From: Candidatus Arcticimaribacter sp.
Lineage (GTDB): Bacteria > Bacteroidota > Bacteroidia > Flavobacteriales > Flavobacteriaceae
Assembly: GCA_038143215.1 (NCBI GenBank)
Contig: JAYQLP010000001.1
Location: forward strand, 38,399 to 102,398
Direction: 5' to 3'
DNA: 64,000 nucleotides
In this document: positions 63,301-64,000 of the stretch, piece by piece
Layout: every line of letters starts with the position of its first letter
Numbering within the stretch: position 1 is the stretch's first letter
Program-made: the position numbers and the translations under genes
Notes under the pieces: model-generated
The model's input: only the letters and a program-made list of their open reading frames with translations
What the model was told of the DNA's origin: nothing
Databases searched by the model: none

Positions 63301-64000
63301 TGAGTAAGTGTTACTAAAGTACTGGCAGAACATGAAGCCAAGGAGCTTACAGTTACCTCTACAATATCTCCATCACTTAGGAAAGCGACATAATCTGTTG
63401 GAACAAAGGTTGGACTTGCACTGGTTTGACGAATTAATCCTCCAATAGCAAACGAGTAGGTTGCTGAAGGAATGTTGGTCGCAGCAGTAAAGACTACTTC
63501 ATCTCCAACACAGAAAGTATCTCCTGTTGCGTTTGATGATAGCGTAATGGTTGGAATTGGATTAACAACCACTGTAATTGGGTCAGAGGTTGACTGACAA
63601 GCATTAATTCCAGCAGGTTGATCAAACACAATTACGCGAACAGCTTCGTTGTTCAATAATGCAGTACTAGTAAATGTACTTTGATTTGATCTTGGTTGTA
63701 TAGTAATACCATCAATTGTAAACTCATACGATGCTCCTCCTGATCCTGTAAATGTTATACTGTCGCCATCACAAATAGTAAGCGTACCATTACCACTAAT
63801 TGCTCCAGGGTTAGCTATAATTGTGGCTGGAGGAGTAGCAGTTACATCAATTCTTAATGCGTTTGATAGCTGATCACAAGTAACACCATTTAAGGTACTA
63901 ATTGTTCTTCGCTTAAAGAACATTGTTGTCGTAAGATTTCCTGGATCGTAAGAAGAAGAACTCGCACCTGTAATTGTGTTATAGGTAATGTTGTCTAATG
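48381..64000 (-). CDS. Giant repeat-built surface protein/adhesin with SprB-like and Ig-like repeats, PKD domain and T9SS type-B (gliding-motility-associated) CTD; 5'-truncated; one in-frame TAG at 50184-50186
   Basis: Frame is open from 63998. The 4579-aa and 573-aa ORFs are in the same frame, joined by 27 sense codons after the TAG (DTSS*YSGDFIFSFNSNISRDGYNNSIGFNFQLTGPDG). The C-terminus has PKD (TFENTS....EWIFGD...HTY..SGTY..TL) and IPNVFTPNND..ND.F...VYDYRG..VY...GWDG...G.FIII. Confidence 0.85.
50310..54065 (-). repeat. Four tandem three-domain super-repeats (~300-335 aa each) within the giant gene
   Basis: Units begin RIQPGCTADL, RITPICPGDL, RIAPTCPEDL and RVVPECPNDI. Each is followed by an I(A/D)C...SG.V.F domain and a GC.....I.....P.S(I/V).W domain. 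Boundaries approximate. Confidence 0.8.
56190..58190 (-). repeat. Three tandem two-domain super-repeats (218-226 aa) within the giant gene
   Basis: Alternating PI.Y.L.GGA(V/I)GQP.(T/S).SY...GG....GLP.G and NQ.ICD..P...IVY.L.GGA....F.W.GS.TL domains; equivalent positions are 654, 663 and 678 nt apart. Confidence 0.8.

Overview
Gene-dense, AT-rich chromosomal segment from a Bacteroidota (Flavobacteriia-type) bacterium. The assignment rests on TAnnTTTG -7 promoter elements, T9SS type-B CTD/PorP genes, the rpsF-rpsR-rplI order and a Bacteroidota-style cobalamin riboswitch. Positions 1-47 kb are mostly conserved housekeeping genes (trxB, hisS, rpsF/rpsR/rplI, priA, rlmH, rdgB, DEAD-box helicase, purB, carB, rpmH, mtaB, rpmE2, PGM, MsbA-like ABC, RsmB/NOP, purL, fadD-marR-acyl-CoA dehydrogenase, M28 peptidase). 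This part also holds a compact B12 uptake module: DUF6580-like membrane protein, riboswitch and BtuB-like receptor. The last 16.6 kb hold a PorP/SprF-family gene coupled to a giant (>5200 codons, 5' end outside the window) repeat-built T9SS type-B substrate. That reading frame has one in-frame TAG, higher-order repeats and five nested insert domains. The sequence looks imperfectly polished: at least five 1-bp homopolymer deficits (including rpsR, priA, purL) and two in-frame stops, so apparent gene breaks are suspect. I saw no rRNA, tRNA, CRISPR, IS or prophage. Family names come from motif recognition, not database searches.
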